In this document: in pieces, positions 37,768 through 41,811 of the stretch
Position numbering within the stretch: position 1 is the first letter of the stretch
Layout: each line of letters starts with the position of its first letter
From: Clostridia bacterium
GTDB taxonomy: Bacteria; Bacillota; Clostridia; Oscillospirales; CAG-382
Direction of reading: 5' to 3'
DNA: 41,811 nt
Assembly: GCA_017549405.1 (NCBI GenBank)
Contig: JAFYUY010000090.1
Span: forward strand, 1-41,811
The notes under the pieces: generated by a model
Told to the model about the DNA's origin: nothing
The model's input: only the letters and a program-made list of their open reading frames with translations
Databases searched by the model: none
Made by a program: the position numbers and the translations under genes

Positions 37768-39462
37768 ATGGCAATATACGAAAAATTCGTGGGCGCCTCG
37801 CGTGATGACTTCTTGTCACTCAAGGACGCTCAGAAAAACTACAAGCTCACCTGGAACGAGGATTTTAACTTCGCTTATGACGTGATGGATGAGCTGGCGC
37901 GCACAAAACCCGATAAGCTTGCAATGCTTTGGGTATCAAAAGACGGTGAGGAAAAAAGATTTACTTTCCGAGATATGATGACCTATTCCAATAAAGTTGC
38001 AAACTATCTTCGCTACCTCGGTGTGAAAAAGGGCGACAGAGTGTTGCTTATTATGAAGCGTCATTATTATTTCTGGCACACAGTACTTGCTCTGCATAAA
38101 ATAGGCGCAATAATGGTGCAGGGAACATTTATGCTTACTCCAAAAGAATACGTTTATCGCTGCAACAAGGCGGGGATAAAATATGCTATCTTCACGGGGG
38201 ACGGTAACTGCACCGAGCAGTTTGACGAGCGTGCCGATGAATACGAGACCGTTGCAAGGAAAATGGTACTTGGCCATAAAAAGGCAGACGGATGGCTTGA
38301 CTTTGAAGATGGCGTTGCCACTGCGAGCGACGAATGGGTGCGCCCCACCGGCAAAGATGCCATATACGCCAACGATACCTCGATATTGGGCTTTACATCG
38401 GGAACAAACGGATACCCCAAAATGGTATACCACGATTTCCGTTATCCTCTCGGTCACATCATGACGGGAGTTTTCTGGCACAGAGTGGTGGACGGCGGTC
38501 TGCACTTCACCATTTCCGATACAGGCTGGCTCAAATCGCTTTGGGGTAAGATGTATGGTCAGTGGTTTGGAGAATCCGCGGTATTGGTTTATGACTTTGA
38601 CAAGTTTGACGGAGCAGACATACTCTCCAAGCTTGAAAAATACAAGGTCACCACATTCTGTGTGCCTCCTACGATGTACCGTTTGCTTTTGCAGAATGAT
38701 GTGGCAAAATATGACCTTTCCTCACTTACGCATTGCTGTACTGCGGGCGAGGCACTGAGTCCCGAGATATTCAATAAATGGAAGGAAGCTACGGGACTTG
38801 AGCTTTACGAAGGCTTCGGTCAGACAGAGACAACCCTTTGCATTGCCACAATTTACCCCTGGACAAAGCCCGTACCCGGCGCAATGGGACTTCCCGTGCC
38901 CGGTTTTGACGTACATATTCTGGGCGAGGACGGCGAAAATGTGCCCCACGGTACTAACGGCGAAATTTGCATACGAACTCTGAGTGCCGACAGACACCCC
39001 TGCGGACTTATGCGCTCCTACAATGACAGTGCCGAGGATACCGACCGTGCCATATATCAGGGCTACTACCACACGGGTGACGTGGCGTACCGCGATGAAT
39101 TCGGGCTCTACCGCTATGTGGGCAGAAACGACGACGTTATCAAATCCAGCGGTTACCGCATAAGCCCGTTTGAGATAGAAAGCGTTATGCTTGAGCACCC
39201 GGCTGTATTTGAAGTGGCTGTGACAGGTGTTCCCGACCCCGTGCGTGGCTTTGCCGTAAAGGCAACAGTTGCTCTTGCTGAAGGGTATGAGGGCAGCGAC
39301 GAGCTTACAAAGGAACTTCAGACCTATGTAAAGAAGAATACCGCACCTTATAAATATCCCCGCGTTATCGAATACGTAAAGGCTCTGCCCAAGACATTCA
39401 ACGGCAAGATCAGACGAGTTGAGATACGCAACAGCGACAAAGAAAAATATCAGAATAAGTAA
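37768..39462 (+). CDS. AMP-forming acyl-CoA synthetase (short/medium-chain type)
   Basis: AMP-binding motifs are present: FTSGTNGYPKMV, YEGFGQTET, YHTGDVAYRDEFGLYRYVGRNDDVIKSSGYRISPFEIE, and the C-terminal catalytic Lys context PKTFNGKIRR. Confidence 0.9.
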   Translation: MAIYEKFVGASRDDFLSLKDAQKNYKLTWNEDFNFAYDVMDELARTKPDKLAMLWVSKDGEEKRFTFRDMMTYSNKVANYLRYLGVKKGDRVLLIMKRHYYFWHTVLALHKIGAIMVQGTFMLTPKEYVYRCNKAGIKYAIFTGDGNCTEQFDERADEYETVARKMVLGHKKADGWLDFEDGVATASDEWVRPTGKDAIYANDTSILGFTSGTNGYPKMVYHDFRYPLGHIMTGVFWHRVVDGGLHFTISDTGWLKSLWGKMYGQWFGESAVLVYDFDKFDGADILSKLEKYKVTTFCVPPTMYRLLLQNDVAKYDLSSLTHCCTAGEALSPEIFNKWKEATGLELYEGFGQTETTLCIATIYPWTKPVPGAMGLPVPGFDVHILGEDGENVPHGTNGEICIRTLSADRHPCGLMRSYNDSAEDTDRAIYQGYYHTGDVAYRDEFGLYRYVGRNDDVIKSSGYRISPFEIESVMLEHPAVFEVAVTGVPDPVRGFAVKATVALAEGYEGSDELTKELQTYVKKNTAPYKYPRVIEYVKALPKTFNGKIRRVEIRNSDKEKYQNK

Positions 39463-39468
39463 ACTTTT

Positions 39469-39499
39469 GGACTGCATCCGACGATGCAGTCCACTTTTT
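39469..39499 (+). terminator. Rho-independent terminator of the acyl-CoA synthetase gene
   Basis: GGACTGCATC/GATGCAGTCC 10-bp stem with loop CGAC, followed by ACTTTTTA. It begins 7 nt after the stop. Confidence 0.85.
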
Positions 39500-39532
39500 A
39501 TACGATATCTGATATTTAAAGAAGTCTTACGG

Positions 39533-39568
39533 GTATAAAAATTCGGGGCTGCAGTAAATCTGCAGCCC
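39533..39568 (-). terminator. Probable terminator of the scaffoldin-like gene
   Basis: GGGCTGCAG/CTGCAGCCC 9-bp stem at 39546-39568. On the minus strand GAATTTTTAT follows. It lies about 110 nt downstream of the stop at 39680. Confidence 0.6.
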
Positions 39569-39679
39569 TTTATCAATATAGCCTTTGTGGCGGGGTCGCC
39601 CACCCCGCGCACGCGCGGCAGGCGGCTCCTTATTCTTTTATAAAAGCTTTATGCGCACCCCGCGGGACGTGCTGGGCGG

Positions 39680-41811
39680 TCAGCCGAGGGTCACATCCCA
39701 ACCTGCAAAGTATTTTGCAAGGCGGAGGAGGTCCTGGCGGTTTACGGTGCCGTCACCCGTTACATCGGATGCTGCCTCATCGTATTCCACATCCCAGCCT
39801 GCAAAAGCTTTTGCAAGGCGGAGAAGATCCTGACGGTTGAGGGTGCCGTCGCCCGTAGCATCACCGCAAATAAAGTCGCGCACGGTAACAGTTCCGTTTT
39901 GAGTGCCGAATGTAAGAGCAGCTTCCTCTATTGTGTATGACTCTAAGGGAATTATTTCTATATCATACTCACCCGCCTGACAGCCGTCTGCTATTTCAAA
40001 TGTGAAGTAAGCTACTGTGCCGTTGCCGTTTCTGTTTTCGGTACCGCAAAGGGCGAAGAAGGTGTAGGGGTTTTTGTCAATATTTCCCGACATGATATCG
40101 CCTGCTTCAAAAACATCTCCCACGCTGCAGCCGGTAAGGGTCATTGCATCGGAATTGTATTTCACTCCAAACGAGAGCACCGCAATTCCGGGGTTGTTTT
40201 CGATCTTCACGGGAACAGTTACACTGTTGCCCGGTCTGCCCGATGCATTTTCGGCATGAATATTGAATGACACATCCTCAGAAGGCGCTGTGACGTTCAC
40301 TGTGCAGGTTGCCGTCTTTCCGCCGTCCCCCGCGGTCGCAGTAATTGTCACAGTACCTGCTGCTTTTGCGGTAACAACACCGCTTGAAGAAACTGTGGCA
40401 ACGGATGTGTTGCTCGAAGTCCATGTCACATTCTTGTTTGTGGCATCAGCGGGAAGCACTGTTGCGATGAGGGTTTCTGTATCTCCAGCTCTTAATGTTG
40501 TGCTTGTTTTATTTAGAGATACTGCAGACGGAGAAATGATTTGAACATCTTGACTCCAGTGAGCATAGATAGTATGATTTTCAGGTGTTTTAACAACTGT
40601 ATCAGCTGTTATTCTCTCTCCACCATTTTGTCCTGTAAACCAACCTTTAAATGTGTAACCATTTTTTGTAGGTGTTGGGAGTTGATTATATGTAGAATCA
40701 TACTTTACAGATTTTAAATCTTCTGTTACAATACCTCCGACTGAATCAAAATAAACAATGTAGGTATTTGCTTGCATACCAGAAACAAGAAGTGTATCTT
40801 GGGTTACAATAAATTTATCATTGGCAGAATAACTTTCATTGGTACTTAAATCAACCCAAGCAATAAAAGTATATCCCGTTTGTTTCGGTTTGTAATCACT
40901 GAGATTTATTATATCCCCCTTCTTTTTTGTTAACACAATCTCATCGATATCTTCGCCATTAGCGACCCAAATGTCAATTTGATATGTTTCTTGATTTTCT
41001 TCTTTCCAAACGGCATACAGAGTAACCGAACCATTATTTGTTGACGTAAGATTCTTTACAGATTGTTTGTCGGTATATACAGCACTTGTTGCTGAAGGAT
41101 CAGTTGACCAACCAAGGAAAGTATATCCGCTCCGGGCAAAAGTGTTGGATGACAGTTCTTTTGCATTGTCATATGTGTGAGTAGAACTTAACACACTTCC
41201 ACTTCCTCCATTAGCATTGTACTTGATTGTATATGTTATAGGTTTCCAAACGGCTGTCATTGTTACCGACGAATTGGTTCTGTATTCACTTGCCGGGTTG
41301 TATAACCACCCATCCGAGCCGCTCCAATAGAGAAACAAATATCCTTGTTTCATGGGAACAATGTCACTTAACAAAAGTTTTTCATCATAAATTTTGCTTT
41401 GTGACGCCGGTTTTCCTATACCGCCATTTGCATCATACGAAATAATATACTTTGGAGCTTCAGACCATATTGCATACAAGTAAATAACATCGCCCAATTT
41501 AGATGAAAGGTTTTTTACCACTTGTTCATCTATATACTCTGCACTTTGGGACTCTCTGTCTTTAGACCAGCCAAGAAAACAATATCCTACTTTTCTAAAA
41601 GTATTCTTTTGCAAATTTTTTTCCACATCATACATATGATTTGTACTGGTTGGTGTACCGCTTGTTGCACCATTTCCATCATAAACAATCTGATAACTTA
41701 TAGCATGCCATACCGCATACAATGTTACTGTATCGCCGTTTACAGCCGTGAGATTTTTAACAGACTGGCTGTTTGTATATGTTGCACTTATTGCGTTCTT
41801 GTCATTTGACC
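39680..41811 (-). CDS. Cell-surface scaffoldin-like protein, 5' end outside the window: Listeria-Bacteroides (Flg_new) repeats, Big_2, cohesin and a C-terminal dockerin
   Basis: The frame stays open to 41811. The listed start at 41722 is a TTG inside a repeat (..VTLYAVW). At least 6 repeats of the pattern Y.I.Y..NGG.G......Y......L....F.R.GY.F.GW are present. The Big_2 segment reads LRAGDTETLIATVLPADATNKNVTWTSSNTSVATVSSSGVVTAKAAGTVTITA. The cohesin-like segment reads GRPGNSVTVPVKIENNPGIAVLSFGVKYNSDAMTL. The dockerin duplicate is GDATGDGTLNRQDLLRLAKAFAGW and SDVTGDGTVNRQDLLRLAKYFAGW. Confidence 0.8.
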   Translation of the reverse strand, partial: SNDKNAISATYTNSQSVKNLTAVNGDTVTLYAVWHAISYQIVYDGNGATSGTPTSTNHMYDVEKNLQKNTFRKVGYCFLGWSKDRESQSAEYIDEQVVKNLSSKLGDVIYLYAIWSEAPKYIISYDANGGIGKPASQSKIYDEKLLLSDIVPMKQGYLFLYWSGSDGWLYNPASEYRTNSSVTMTAVWKPITYTIKYNANGGSGSVLSSTHTYDNAKELSSNTFARSGYTFLGWSTDPSATSAVYTDKQSVKNLTSTNNGSVTLYAVWKEENQETYQIDIWVANGEDIDEIVLTKKKGDIINLSDYKPKQTGYTFIAWVDLSTNESYSANDKFIVTQDTLLVSGMQANTYIVYFDSVGGIVTEDLKSVKYDSTYNQLPTPTKNGYTFKGWFTGQNGGERITADTVVKTPENHTIYAHWSQDVQIISPSAVSLNKTSTTLRAGDTETLIATVLPADATNKNVTWTSSNTSVATVSSSGVVTAKAAGTVTITATAGDGGKTATCTVNVTAPSEDVSFNIHAENASGRPGNSVTVPVKIENNPGIAVLSFGVKYNSDAMTLTGCSVGDVFEAGDIMSGNIDKNPYTFFALCGTENRNGNGTVAYFTFEIADGCQAGEYDIEIIPLESYTIEEAALTFGTQNGTVTVRDFICGDATGDGTLNRQDLLRLAKAFAGWDVEYDEAASDVTGDGTVNRQDLLRLAKYFAGWDVTLG
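39692..39862 (-). repeat. Two-fold DNA repeat of about 75 bp with a 96-bp period, encoding the two dockerin calcium-binding segments
   Basis: CACATCCCAACCTGCAAAGTATTTTGCAAGGCGGAGGAGGTCCTGGCGG... at 39692 is repeated as CACATCCCAGCCTGCAAAAGCTTTTGCAAGGCGGAGAAGATCCTGACGG... at 39788. Confidence 0.8.

Noticed and set aside
39585-39833. 82-aa plus-strand ORF (MWRGRPPRARAAGG...)
   Set aside because: It is an Arg/Pro/Ala-rich translation of the GC-rich spacer. It then runs antisense into the dockerin coding repeats, with no RBS.

Overview
This looks like chromosomal DNA from a spore-forming, cohesin/dockerin-bearing Clostridia, probably Oscillospiraceae or Ruminococcus-like. That inference rests on spoVAC, a SpoIID-domain gene, CIRCE-groESL and a cohesin+dockerin protein. 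I call about 38 protein genes in alternating strand blocks.

Gene content in order:
- spoVAC (partial), an orphan parB, a MORN-repeat protein, a TrmH-family methyltransferase and argH.
- A minus-strand operon: HlyD adaptor, ABC ATPase, FtsX permease and a large SLH-domain protein.
- LacI/esterase and AraC/dehydrogenase sugar-type modules.
- A secreted three-gene operon ending in a SpoIID-domain protein.
- A THUMP methyltransferase, groES-groEL, two lipoproteins, AraC plus a GH2 glycosidase, and htrA.
- A plus-strand cluster: ilvE, P-loop ATPase, four-subunit 2-oxoacid:ferredoxin oxidoreductase, XRE-cupin regulator and AMP-forming acyl-CoA ligase.
- A partial scaffoldin-like cohesin+dockerin gene running off the right edge.

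I found no rRNA, tRNA, CRISPR array, transposase, integrase or recognisable defence gene, so most of the window is ordinary core or accessory metabolism.

Three things are most worth a second look:
1. An unlisted 38-codon ORF with 11 Ile codons sits between a perfect sigma-A promoter and an intrinsic terminator, directly upstream of ilvE. It is a candidate leader-peptide attenuator.
2. The ilvE cluster it would control reads as a route from branched-chain fatty acids to branched-chain amino acids by reductive carboxylation.
3. A 127-bp array of six AGTGATATT copies (three direct, three inverted) lies in a 457-bp gene-free spacer that also holds an orphan terminator.

All calls come from reading the sequence and translations by eye. 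No database search or RNA folding was run.
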